The notes beneath the pieces are model-generated. The model made no database searches and had not been told where the DNA came from. It was given only the letters and a program-made list of their open reading frames with translations. DNA of 63,695 bases, the filler included, from Octopus bimaculoides (lineage: Eukaryota), in NCBI RefSeq assembly GCF_001194135.2. It is 7 parts of 7 records of this genome, joined end to end, with 100 filler letters (N's around TTAATTAATTAA, not from the genome) between each part and the next. Parts side by side here need not be neighbours in the genome. Positions count along the whole stretch, not along the records: positions 29,560 to 46,084 come from NC_068990.1; positions 46,185 to 51,939 come from NC_069004.1; 5 more parts are not named here. One strand, given 5' to 3'. The position numbers were made by a program, and so were the translations under genes. Each line of letters opens with the position of its first letter. Position 1 is the stretch's first letter. Below are positions 38,566 through 52,039 of this stretch, piece by piece.

Positions 38566-39174
38566 TTGAAGTTCTTGTGGCAGCATCTTCTGGCGTTGGG
38601 CGTGAGAAAACTGTACAGAAGTCAACTCACGTGGATCAGATTGTGTGGTGGGTGTGTTTGTGGAAAACTGACACTACGCAAACTNNNNNNNNNNNNNNNN
38701 NNNNNNNNNNNNNNNNNNNNNNNNNNNNNNNNNNNNNNNNNNNNNNNNNNNNNNNNNNNNNNNNNNNNNNNNNNNNNNNNNNNNNNNNNNNNNNNNNNNN
38801 NNNNNNNNNNNNNNNNNNNNNNNNNNNNNNNNNNNNNNNNNNNNNNNNNNNNNNNNNNNNNNNNNNNNNNNNNNNNNNNNNNNNNNNNNNNNNNNNNNNN
38901 NNNNNNNNNNNNNNNNNNNNNNNNNNNNNNNNNNNNNNNNNNNNNNNNNNNNNNNNNNNNNNNNNNNNNNNNNNNNNNNNNNNNNNNNNNNNNNNNNNNN
39001 NNNNNNNNNNNNNNNNNNNNNNNNNNNNNNNNNNNNNNNNNNNNNNNNNNNNNNNNNNNNNNNNNNNNNNNNNNNNNNNNNNNNNNNNNNNNNNNNNNNN
39101 NNNNNNNNNNNNNNNNNNNNNNNNNNNNNNNNNNNNNNNNNNNNNNNNNNNNNNNNNNNNNNNNNNNNNNNNNN

Positions 39175-39233
<59 letters not shown>

Positions 39234-39246
39234 ATATATATATGCA

Positions 39247-39277
<31 letters not shown>

Positions 39278-39517
39278 GTACATATACATATATACATGTA
39301 TACATCCATACATATATACGTACATAAATATATAGTGTATGTATGAATTTATATGTTTGTATATGTATACACACACACACACACATATATAAAGATGCAT
39401 ATATGTGTATGTGTGTGTATGCCTGTGTTTGTGAGCATAAATCTTTTGGTACGTACACACACACACACACTCTCTCTCTCTCTCTTTCTCACACACACAC
39501 ACACACCCACACACACA

Positions 39518-39561
<44 letters not shown>

Positions 39562-39689
39562 TACACACACGCATCCATCTTTCTGTCTAGCTACATTGGG
39601 TTAGTTTGATTTATTCTTTGGTATTTTGGAGGCACCAATTCTACCTGCATCAAAAGTCTTGCTCTATCCTCTCCACTGATGTATCCATT

Positions 39690-40085
39690 TGCCGACTCCT
39701 TTGTTTCTACTCGTTGCAATCACTGGACTGCAGCCTGCCATGCTGGAGCACGTTCTTGTATGGTTTAGTCGATCATATCGACCCATTCCTATTTTTCATA
39801 GTACGGCAATGATAGTTTCGTTTGTCAAACCGTTATGTCACATGACGTAAACAAACCAACATCGGTTGTGAAGCTGTGGGGAGGATAAACACAAAGACAC
39901 ACAAATACACTGATATACACATACATGCACACACACGCACAGACACACACCATCTACGGTGGACTTGCATCAAATTCACTCACAAAGCATTTGTCGGCCC
40001 AGGGTGGCAGTACAAGGCACAATATGCCGTGCAGTGGAACTGAACCAGAAACCACTTAGTTCACGAAAGGAACTTAACCAGATAC
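39690..40085 (-). mobile_element. Old SINE family A copy
   Basis: gccatgctggagcac...aaacaaaccaacatcggttgt...gtgcagtggaactgaacc. Confidence 0.7.
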
Positions 40086-40735
40086 AACTATTTCTGTGAA
40101 TGGCAAAGGTAAGAAGCAAATTCCCAGAAACGCTCATATATTCTGACCCAGAAACAGCCTGAAGACCTGTGCCACCCTCCATGAATGACTCATTGCACCA
40201 TCACTCATCATTTAAACCAGGGGCGGATCACAAGTTCGAACTCTTATACCTGTGTAGTTTTTCTATATATCTATGTATAATTAGATATACATTAATAAAG
40301 ATAAGTTTAACACATTAAATTAACATCTTCATTAACGCCGCCACTAAATTTAGGACGTTTATTTAACTTATGATAGATATTATATTTTTCAGCTAGAGTG
40401 TAGTGGGGTCTCTATGGGTGGGTCAAACCTCGTAATATGTGTTTTATAGTGGAGGCAAAATTTCCATTTATTTGGAAATTACCGGACGATTTTCTGTTCG
40501 AGTCTAACCGTTCGTTGTAGAAACGCGACCTATGTCGAAAATACGCATAGAAATATTGTATAAATGTTATAATTGAAAAAATTACTATATTTTGTACATA
40601 CGAGTAAATCAGCCTGCGGGCGGGGCTTTCCCCTCCCCTGATCAAAATACTTGAACGGTGGTGACAATGGCATCGATGAATCAATCATATCCAAATACGT
40701 GGGGCGTTATTGAAAGGCGGAAAGTAATAGCGGTT

Positions 40736-40960
40736 TTCATAACGACCAAATCTGGGATCTGAATCTCTTAGAAAGGTCTTTTGAGTTGCTGGTTGCCAGT
40801 TGAATGACAAGATTTTATTTAATTCCTGAGACAACTTTTGTGTTTTATCGCATCAGCGAAAAAATATGATTTGCTGCCTCTTTTCTCTAAGGTCAACAAC
40901 CTAATGCTCTACAATGATGTAAGAGGCCTTCTGAGGAAATATATTCATAAACACTTGTCA
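40736..40960 (+). mobile_element. Possible Chapaev3/CMC-type transposase fragment
   Basis: NDQIWDLNLLERSFELL...VFYR...LYNDVRGLL resembles my recalled motif LNDLIRDLNLSKE.AELL...FYR..R...YCNDV.GLL. Family assignment is from memory. Confidence 0.4.
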
Positions 40961-41926
40961 CACGACAAGCTGTTTGGTTTTGACTGTTGAGTACGTACAC
41001 ACACAAACATACGTATATATATATATATATNNNNNNNNNNNNNNNNNNNNNNNNNNNNNNNNNNNNNNNNNNNNNNNNNNNNNNNNNNNNNNNNNNNNNN
41101 NNNNNNNNNNNNNNNNNNNNNNNNNNNNNNNNNNNNNNNNNNNNNNNNNNNNNNNNNNNNNNNNNNNNNNNNNNNNNNNNNNNNNNNNNNNNNNNNNNNN
41201 NNNNNNNNNNNNNNNNNNNNNNNNNNNNNNNNNNNNNNNNNNNNNNNNNNNNNNNNNNNNNNNNNNNNNNNNNNNNNNNNNNNNNNNNNNNNNNNNNNNN
41301 NNNNNNNNNNNNNNNNNNNNNNNNNNNNNNNNNNNNNNNNNNNNNNNNNNNNNNNNNNNNNNNNNNNNNNNNNNNNNNNNNNNNNNNNNNNNNNNNNNNN
41401 NNNNNNNNNNNNNNNNNNNNNNNNNNNNNNNNNNNNNNNNNNNNNNNNNNNNNNNNNNNNNNNNNNNNNNNNNNNNNNNNNNNNNNNNNNNNNNNNNNNN
41501 NNNNNNNNNNNNNNNNNNNNNNNNNNNNNNNNNNNNNNNNNNNNNNNNNNNNNNNNNNNNNNNNNNNNNNNNNNNNNNNNNNNNNNNNNNNNNNNNNNNN
41601 NNNNNNNNNNNNNNNNNNNNNNNNNNNNNNNNNNNNNNNNNNNNNNNNNNNNNNNNNNNNNNNNNNNNNNNNNNNNNNNNNNNNNNNNNNNNNNNNNNNN
41701 NNNNNNNNNNNNNNNNNNNNNNNNNNNNNNNNNNNNNNNNNNNNNNNNNNNNNNNNNNNNNNNNNNNNNNNNNNNNNNNNNNNNNNNNNNNNNNNNNNNN
41801 NNNNNNNNNNNNNNNNNNNNNNNNNNNNNNNNNNNNNNNNNNNNNNNNNNNNNNNNNNNNNNNNNNNNNNNNNNNNNNNNNNNNNNNNNNNNNNNNNNNN
41901 NNNNNNNNNNNNNNNNNNNNNNNNNN

Positions 41927-41964
<38 letters not shown>

Positions 41965-43649
41965 GACTCGTTTATTACTGTATAATCAAGCCGGAAGTTG
42001 GTGAGGTGTGGCAGCCATAATTATTTCCTTCCATTCTTGACTGCTTACATGGACACGGTTGATGTTTTACTTAAGCCTTTTTTCATTAATACTCTTAATA
42101 ATTCTCACCAGGTGACATCAGAAAGGTTGGATGACATTCTAAACGGATTGCTAGTAATGAATACGCTGCAGGGAGGGATGTTTAAACTCCGTTGAAGTAC
42201 TACTGGGTCAACAATGTAGGAAGTGAAGCAAGGAGAATGTTCCATATTAACGTGGTTCTGAAGCGACAAGCGGCGGCGGTGGCGGCGAGCAGAGAAAAAT
42301 GTCTCATACGAGTTTTGAATGGAGTCGATTAAAATACAGTAAGGACAGGGAGTGAAAGGAAAAGGAGATATCGAGTGAGTGGAAAAAGGGAGCACGTTTC
42401 ATTACTGGTAGAATCATTATCGTGTTAGATTGATTGACTGATGAATTGATCGATCCCTAGATATATTAGTAGATAGATAATTTGTTGCATAGATTTGTTA
42501 GCAGATAAATATATTCATAGACAGATAGAGATGTTAATAAACAGACATGTAAGAATGTAGAAAATAGACAGGTAGGTAACTAGCTAGATTAACTGATTGC
42601 TTGACAGACAAATAAACTGATAGATTGATAGACTGATAGTTAAATAGAGATGAACAAATAAGGAGATAAATTGATTGATTGGTAGACAAATAGATAGGTA
42701 GATAGACAGAGTGATAAATATATAGTTAGACATAGAAAGACTGACAGATAGATAGATAGATAGACAATAGATAGATAGGTCAATTGTTTGATAGATAGAA
42801 AAATAGATAAGATACATTGGTAGATAGACAGATTGACTTATAAATAGACAGACGGCTAGAAATCATTAAAGTGTGAAGAGAAAAAAAAAAGAAAGAGAAA
42901 AAGAGAGGGGAGAAGTTCTTTATTTTAATTTTTAACATACACACAAGGGGCCAGAATGTTTTTGTTTTTGGTGGGGTGGAATTACATCGATTCGATCAAC
43001 CCTAGGATATAATTGGTACTTTATTTTAGAGAAGCGGTTATGGTTAAAAGACCAAGTTAACTTGCGTGGATTCATATTGCCTCACACATTCGGCCAGTGT
43101 TGCAGCATCACTTGCATGCTATGCTTAGAGTCTCTATGTCTGACATGAAGGACCGGTGACGATTATCTATGGAGAAATATTTAGTGCTCTGTATCGGATT
43201 AACATTACGTTTCTATCTAAATTTCCCACACGAGAAAGGAGCAGATTTTGCAATCTTTTAACGTTTTCATCTCAGCTTTGTTTTGTATCTACAATTGACC
43301 CAAGATGACAACTAACTATCGAGACAACGCCCATTGAGAAATTCAATTGAAAGCAACAATTCAGAAAGCAAATTAGAAAACAAAGTTAAATACACAGCTG
43401 GACGTAAACATTTTGCAAAGGAAAACTATGACCTGACAGAAAGCAGTTCAGTTTGCCTTATCGCGGCGATAAGGCAAACAATAATAGTGACAGAAATGTC
43501 AGCAACAGCAATAATAGTAATAACAACGTCAGCAATAATAAGAATGACAACAAAATAACAGTAACAGCAGCAACAACAACCATAACAACAACATATGCAT
43601 GCATGTCTTTGCTAAATAAATGAAACTGCAGCCCCTAATTTGAACATGA

Positions 43650-44130
43650 GGCGGCAAACTGAGAAAATATTTGCTTGGCAATGTTTTGTTACCAAGAAGA
43701 GTGCATCTTTGCCGGAGAGCTTTATCCAAGAGCAAGAGAAAGAAAATGTTATTTGCTAAAACAGGTTTCTTTATGTCTTCAGAGAGACCATTTGAAGGAT
43801 CCGAAGCCAATGTGCGGAGCGATATCTTCTCTATCGATCAGGGGAAGAAATTTAGAACTATGTGCCTGATTTAAAGCAGATGACGGAGCAAAGAAGCAAG
43901 TCGAGTTGGTACGTGATACACTTACCAATACCATATTGCTGTAATACATAGGTCGATGCAATACGAAGATGACGATCAAGGATAAAGTGCATAGAGGGTG
44001 CTTGTAAAGACAAGAACACGGCATACATTGGAGAGACACCTAAAAGTATTGCGGAGAGAATAGATAAGCACTTGAGGCAATATGAATCAAGGATATTGGT
44101 AATGACGTTGATCGCTGACTTATACTCACA
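43650..44130 (+). mobile_element. Penelope-like GIY-YIG endonuclease remnant
   Basis: CIEGACKDKNTAYIGETPKSIAERIDKHLRQY fits C..C...YIGET....ER..(E/K)H. Confidence 0.7.
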
Positions 44131-44282
44131 TTTGTGACACAGTGCGGACAGCGGTGATTGCTGAGGTAATCAAGAAAGATATGTGGCCAAGTGGAGTCTC
44201 AATGGGCATAAAAAACCGTAATAATTTCCATCCTCCGAAAGTCATACAACCAAATGGAGTAGACTAAATAAGACGTAATTAA

Positions 44283-45080
44283 GGCGGCGAGCTGGAAGAA
44301 TCGTTAAAGACATGGGGAAAATGCTGAGTTCAAATCCTCCTGAGGTTAGCTTTGCATTTTATTCTCTCGAGGTGGTTAAAATAAGTATCGACCAATCCCC
44401 TCACTTTAAAATTGCTGGCCTTGTGCCAAAATATGAAACTATTGTTTAGGGTGGATTTGACAGAATCGTTCGAGCATGGGAAAAATGTCTTGAGGCGTTT
44501 CTTCCAGTTACTTACGTTTTGAGTTCAATTTTCATCGATGGCAACTTTACTGTTCATCGCACTGAGATCAATAAAATAAAGTACTAATTAAGTACTGGAG
44601 TTGATGGTATCGCCTAACGTTTTCTCCTCAAAATTTCTAACCAAAAATTGAAAACAACGAATGAACGAGCTGGCAAAATCGTTATCTCATCGGACAAAAG
44701 GGAAAAAAGTGCTTAACGGTATTTTTTCCGGCTTTTTACGTTCTGAGTTCAAATTCTTCCGAGGTTGACTTCATCTTACACCTTTCAGGGTCAATGAAAT
44801 AAGTACCAGCTGTGTACTGGAATCAATTCAATCGATTTACCCAACCTTAAAGTCACTGGTTTTGTGCTAAAATTAGAAAGGATTGTCATTGTTGCTGTGG
44901 ATAGGTGGAATCGTTAGTGTGTCAATGAATATTCCTTGCGGTAATTAGAATTTAATTAGAGCCTTTATTTTGAGTTAAAATCCGGTTTGAGATCAGCTTC
45001 GCCTTTTTTTCTTCTGGGGCGCTAAAATAATATCAGTCAAGAACCGGGGCTGGTTATAATCGACTGCTCCATTTCCTCAC
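44283..45080 (+). mobile_element. Array of four decayed SINE family B copies
   Basis: Repeated ...agaatcgtta...gagttcaa...tttcat...aataagtac units. Confidence 0.7.
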
Positions 45081-45489
45081 TAATTTCTATGTAAGGAATT
45101 ATTTTTATTATTTGCGTTATTTATATTACGCAGCCTAAATCATTGCCCGACTTCGATTGCTGTGAGAAGGAATGTGTGTGATAAATGCCTTTAATGAAAT
45201 CAAAACAATTTTTGTTTGGAATTTATATTAAAGAGTTAAACAAAACAAAAAATGTTAGGGAAACAAAGCGTCACATGTTTTAGCCATCAATTTGTTCTAG
45301 AAAAGAACCAGTCACAGACAACTAAGAGTTGAAGAGGCGGAAACAAATTCGAAAACTTTGTATTTGTCGACGTATTAACCACTAGACACAGAACGCGTCC
45401 TCTATCAGTGACAATGGCCAATTACTGACACACGCACAAACATGCATCCACTCAGTCACTCACATATACATGCATAGATACATACATGC

Positions 45490-45592
<103 letters not shown>

Positions 45593-45885
45593 GAAGCGAT
45601 GTCAGTGACTCAAGGCTCTAGGGTTTCGTACCAAAGCATTTGATATGAAACTCTCGGCCCTTCAGTTACCGATGAGGCTTCTTAACTACAATGATATAAG
45701 CAGCTTACTTCTTGTATTGCGTTCTATTCTCTCTCGTTTGTATAAACAACCCCATACAGACACACACACACACGCATACACACACATATATGCATATATA
45801 TACAATCATACATACATTCATAGACACACACACACACACACACATATATATATGCACATACATACATACATTCATAAACACACAC

Positions 45886-46084
45886 ACACGCCGGGCGAAA
45901 TGCTTAGCGGTATTTCGTCTGCCGCTACGTTCTGAGTTCAAATTCCGCCGAGGTCGACGTTGCCTTTCATCCTTTCGGGGTCGATTAAATAAGTACCAGT
46001 CACGCACTGGGGTCGATATAATCGACTTAATCCATTTGTCTGTCTTTGTTTGTCCCCTCTGTGTGTAGCCCCTTGTGGGTAGTA
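45886..46084 (+). mobile_element. SINE family B, 5'-truncated young copy
   Basis: cacgccgggcgaaatgcttagcggtatttcgtctgccgctacgttctgagttcaaattccgccgaggtcgac... Confidence 0.88.
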
Positions 46085-46185
46085 NNNNNNNNNNNNNNNN
46101 NNNNNNNNNNNNNNNNNNNNNNNNNNNNTTAATTAATTAANNNNNNNNNNNNNNNNNNNNNNNNNNNNNNNNNNNNNNNNNNNNT

Positions 46186-46249
<64 letters not shown>

Positions 46250-46860
46250 ACACACATATATACATATATATATATGAGTGTGTGCATATGTGCGTTGGTA
46301 TATGTGCGTGTATGTATGCACAAAGACATATGCCTATATATACATAAATGTAGACATAGATACAGAGATATGTATTCGGTAATAATTCACAAGCGTATAT
46401 ACCTGAATATAATAATAAAATATAATTGGTATTCACATGAATACATAGATAAAATCTACAGACAGTGCGATATATATATAAGAAGAGTTATGTCGAAGTG
46501 TAGTCACGTTGATTGCAGACGTGCCGTGATAGGTCAATAATTTCAGTATTATAAAACCTATGTTAACAGAAACATTAATATTTAACCGAAATATTACACA
46601 GAAAAATATTTTATGCCTTTTGTGCAATATAGACGATGGAGATGCGTGAATAATTTCGGTTATATAGGGATATAAATATATATATGTATACATACATATA
46701 TTCATACATTCATACGTGCATACATAGATACATAGATACATACATACATACATAATATATATATCCTCACACACATATATACATACATATATACATACCC
46801 ATGCATGTGTGTGTCTGTGTATAGACATATGTACATATATATCTATATACACGAATATGC

Positions 46861-46896
<36 letters not shown>

Positions 46897-46928
46897 TTAA
46901 GGAATGGAGTAAACGCATGTTATGACTG

Positions 46929-47027
46929 CATACTTTTTTCCGACATATGTTTCGAATAATTACAATTTATGCGATCCATAGGAATCGTCGATGTTAAAAA
47001 TGTAAACTTCTCCTCAGGGAATGTATG
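46929..47027 (-). ncRNA. Type I hammerhead ribozyme, intact catalytic core, extended stem II
   Basis: Minus strand CAUAC-A-UUCC / CUGAGGA / GAA...57-nt stem II...UUC / GAAAC-AUAU-GUC / GGAA-AAAA-GUAUG. All core positions and the G10.1-C11.1 pair are canonical. Confidence 0.8.
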
Positions 47028-47257
47028 GGAACCATCTTAAACGTAAGACATTATGACCGAGTATGATAACTATAGTTGGATAAGGTTATGACGTAATTCA
47101 TTTGAAAAAACCGTTAGAGATTTGGACGCTACCAGATAGTAGGTTGGACAAGAAAAAAAAAACAAAAAAAAAACAGGAAGAGATAGAGGGAAAGGAAAAT
47201 TCAGAGTGTACATTTGTGAGTAGATAGGATAATATAGATCTAATAAAAAATTTTTTT

Positions 47258-47366
<109 letters not shown>

Positions 47367-47384
47367 CCAAACGCACATATGTAC

Positions 47385-47665
47385 AGATACGTTCGTATGA
47401 GTTGTGTCCTTGAGCAAGACACTTTATTTCACGTTGCTCCAGTTCATCCAGTCAGCAAAAATGAGTTGTACCTGTATTTCAAAGTGACAGCCTTGTTAGG
47501 TTCTGTGTCACGTTGAATCTCCTTGAGAACTACGTTAAGTGTATTCGTGTGTGCGTGTGAAATGCTCATCCATTTACAAATTAATTTCACGTGCAGGCTG
47601 TTCCGTTGATCGGATCAACTGAAAACCTTGTCGTCGTACCCGACGGAATTCCATCTATTTTTCTA
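47385..47665 (+). mobile_element. SINE family D with a V-domain-like region
   Basis: gtgtccttgagcaagacacttt...ttgctccagttcatccagtcagc...aaatgagt; tail shared with 19310-19560. Confidence 0.65.
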
Positions 47666-48638
47666 ACCTTCCCTTCACTCCGACTAACGTTTTCAAACAG
47701 TTACGGTGAAATTCAGAGAGAGAGAGAGAGAGAGAGACAGAGTTTTGACTGCAATATGGAGCCAGAAGACAGAGCAAGAAGTCATTCCACCAGTGGTCGA
47801 TTGTAACGTAATTAGCTGTGACGACAGAGGCGATGGTGTTTCTGGTACTAATAGAGAATCCTACATTGTATGCTCTGTGGTGTGTTACATAAGTGTCCGT
47901 GCACTAATTACCAAGCTGTTTAAACCAGAAACTAATTGGGTAATTTTAGATTATTATATAATATAAACACTCCGACTGATTCAGTGAGCCTGCTTTCGTC
48001 CAACCGGAATAGAGAACTGACAAAACAAACAATAGCAATGCTACGTTCAGTCGTCTGTATAACGTTAAATGTTTTTAGAAGTGGGCCATAAATGTCTTTG
48101 TTCTCTAGAATCGAATATACGCACACACACGCAGAGACAAACACTCCACACACATGCATATTTGTGTGTGCATATGTATAAACACACAGACGTATATGCA
48201 TACATATACATATATATATATATATATATANNNNNNNNNNNNNNNNNNNNNNNNNNNNNNNNNNNNNNNNNNNNNNNNNNNNNNNNNNNNNNNNNNNNNN
48301 NNNNNNNNNNNNNNNNNNNNNNNNNNNNNNNNNNNNNNNNNNNNNNNNNNNNNNNNNNNNNNNNNNNNNNNNNNNNNNNNNNNNNNNNNNNGTAGCTACA
48401 CATTCTACATATATGTACACACACACACACACATACACACACACACATACACACACACACATATATATATATATGTTTATATATATTATGCGTGTGTGCG
48501 TGTGTGTACGCGCACATACTTGAATATGTATGATTAGAATATGATTAGAGACTCATTATCAATAAATCTATCTATAATTATGTGTGCGTACGCGAGACAA
48601 TGTACATGGACATATATGAATTCGTGCACACACCACGC

Positions 48639-48679
<41 letters not shown>

Positions 48680-49856
48680 AATACACATATATATATACGC
48701 ACATTATACACACATGCACATATTCATAGGCAAATGTACATATATACATATATACACATATACATATATGTGTATACGTATTAAGAGTAGCCCAAATATA
48801 ACATCTGATTTTAGTTGCTAATATATTCACTAATTTCCATATATTTACATGAAAGTTTCACATACATAAAATAAATAGCATGCAATCATTATAACTTCAT
48901 AATCTTGTAGATCTATACTTATGCAATTCTATAGTTATAAAGTTTAGACAACAGACCATGTAATAGCTGCGGATCCACGGCACATCCATCATTCATGCAA
49001 TATCTCCGTGCAGCCAACTAACCAGTGGTGTTGTGGAGTGTCTAGCATGAAGATGAGTACACGTTCAAGATGAAGGTGGTAAACATCAGTACAATACTGA
49101 ACTTCCGTTGCAACTATGTATCACTTGGAATTTATAGCCTGTTAGAAAAAAAAATAACTCCTTCATATAGTTGACCTATGCAGAACATTTCGCCCATTTA
49201 TTTAGTGCAAAGTCTTTCTGATAATATGCAATTATAAAACTATTAAAAGTACAAAATTGCTAATAATAAAACCATAAAATTATAATGTTATACAAATTAA
49301 GGAAACTGCATATTATTATGTATAGTATTGGAAAGTTTCTTGCATGTATATATNNNNNNNNNNNNNNNNNNNNNNNNNNNNNNNNNNNNNNNNNNNNNNN
49401 NNNNNNNNNNNNNNNNNNNNNNNNNNNNNNNNNNNNNNNNNNNNNNNNNNNNNNNNNNNNNNNNNNNNNNNNNNNNNNNNNNNNNNNNNNNNNNNNNNNN
49501 NNNNNNNNNNNNNNNNNNNNNNNNNNNNNNNNNNNNNNNNNNNNNNNNNNNNNNNNNNNNNNNNNNNNNNNNNNNNNNNNNNNNNNNNNNNNNNNNNNNN
49601 NNNNNNNNNNNNNNNNNNNNNNNNNNNNNNNNNNNNNNNNNNNNNNNNNNNNNNNNNNNNNNNNNNNNNNNNNNNNNNNNNNNNNNNNNNNNNNNNNNNN
49701 NNNNNNNNNNNNNNNNNNNNNNNNNNNNNNNNNNNNNNNNNNNNNNNNNNNNNNNNNNNNNNNNNNNNNNNNNNNNNNNNNNNNNNNNNNNNNNNNNNNN
49801 NNNNNNNNNNNNNNNNNNNNNNNNNNNNNNNNNNNNNNNNNNNNNNNNNNNNNNNN

Positions 49857-49888
<32 letters not shown>

Positions 49889-50699
49889 CAAATGTGAATA
49901 TGAACAAAGTTACATTTGTTTATGAGAAGCGTTGAATGTGTATGGTAAGATACAAACAAGAAAATGTTATTTCTAACGCATTATCACTGTTAAAATAACA
50001 GAAAAAAATGCGTATTGTTGCCCTTACAAGGCGGAAAAAAATTATTCGTCAACAAACTGCCATGGGAATGGAACCCACATCCTCCTAGATAACGACTGAA
50101 GACTTCACCATTAAGCTGAAATGCCCGCTGATAAAATTGGGCGTCGATTTTAAACGCTAAATAGATAGATTTTAGAAATGTAACACCCACATGATTTTAT
50201 AATCTAACTTGCATCTGTTTTCTAGAAGCGACCAATGTGTATCGTACGAATACAGACAAGAAACATTTCGAACGCAGTATCGCCTTTAAAACAGCAGAAA
50301 CATCGGGTATTATTGCCCTTACAGGGTGGAAAAGGTGGTCAACAAAGACCCGGTGGAGTCAAACGCGTATTTATATATATATTGTGTTTACGAAAAGATG
50401 TACGACTATTGGTGTGTGAATTAGTTTATCGTTATCCAGCCTGCAGCTGTGTACTTAACAGTAATACTATTTTTTCTGTACTGAACATATGCAGTGGAGG
50501 AAAATTAAGATAAATATCAGAATAAATATTTAGTTATAATCTACGTTTTACAATTGTAGCTACTTGGAATTCAACATTTGATGCTTTAAATGCTTTTGGA
50601 AGCCGATCCACAATGGATCGTTATGCGAACACTTTATCGCATTCTCTTAGAGAGATATAATGTTTAAATATCTATAGTATAAGCTTATCTTAAATTTCC

Positions 50700-50728
50700 A
50701 CTATATATATATATATATATATATATAC

Positions 50729-50778
<50 letters not shown>

Positions 50779-51065
50779 TGATAGATAGATAGATAAATAG
50801 ATAGATACATATATATTTGTATATACATATATACATATGCACATAAATAGATAGATAGAGATAGAGTGATAGATAGTTAGATAGATAAATACATAGATAG
50901 ATAGACAGAGAGACAGACAGACAGACATATAGGCAGAGAGATAGATAGACAGAGAGCTATACAGATAGATAGACAGATAGATAGATAGACAGAGAGACAG
51001 AGAGAGAGAGAGCCAGACAGACAGGTAGATAGATAGATAGACATACAGACCGATAGATAGATAGG

Positions 51066-51107
<42 letters not shown>

Positions 51108-51157
51108 NNNNNNNNNNCTTAAATTTCCACTATATATATATATATATATATATATAC

Positions 51158-51207
<50 letters not shown>

Positions 51208-51494
51208 TGATAGATAGATAGATAAATAGATAGATACATATATATTTGTATATACATATATACATATGCACATAAATAGATAGATAGAGATAGAGTGATA
51301 GATAGTTAGATAGATAAATACATAGATAGATAGACAGAGAGACAGACAGACAGACATATAGGCAGAGAGATAGATAGACAGAGAGCTATACAGATAGATA
51401 GACAGATAGATAGATAGACAGAGAGACAGAGAGAGAGAGAGCCAGACAGACAGGTAGATAGATAGATAGACATACAGACCGATAGATAGATAGG

Positions 51495-51539
<45 letters not shown>

Positions 51540-51540
51540 G
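50700..51540. repeat. Compound (TA)n/(GATA)n/(GACA)n tract, present twice around a 10-N gap
   Basis: cttaaatttccactatata... repeats at about 50689 and 51118. Confidence 0.9.
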
Positions 51541-52039
51541 TGTATAAAATGGTAATTGTATTGTTGGCTGCTTCTACCACTTTCCCGAAGAGTTACGTAA
51601 AAGATTCGGTGAAACTTGCAGTGATATTTAACAAATGGTCTCCAATAAAATTTACTTCACTCTCAGTATTATTTCACCCCATCATTGAATCTTATTCTTA
51701 AACTAACTTTAACATAATAAACCCGTATGTGTATAATATATATGTGTGCGTGTGTGTGTGTGTGTACGTACATGCATATGTGTGTGTGTGTATGCGTGTT
51801 TGTGCATTACATCATCATTGAGTGCGCAGTGACTAAAAGCACTCAGGCCCAGAACTGAAGAAACTTTAATAAGATGGTAAAAAAATAGCGAACATAAATT
51901 TGTGTATACACACACACACACACACACACGTGTATATATNNNNNNNNNNNNNNNNNNNNNNNNNNNNNNNNNNNNNNNNNNNNTTAATTAATTAANNNNN
52001 NNNNNNNNNNNNNNNNNNNNNNNNNNNNNNNNNNNNNNN

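Noticed and set aside
44138-44172. CTGAGGT...GAAAGATATGTG downstream of a PLE endonuclease remnant
   Set aside because: Three core mismatches including the cleavage triplet; too decayed to call.
50689-51540. Apparently exact ~430-bp tandem duplication
   Set aside because: Two near-identical microsatellite-rich copies separated by 10 N; typical of unmerged contig overlap.
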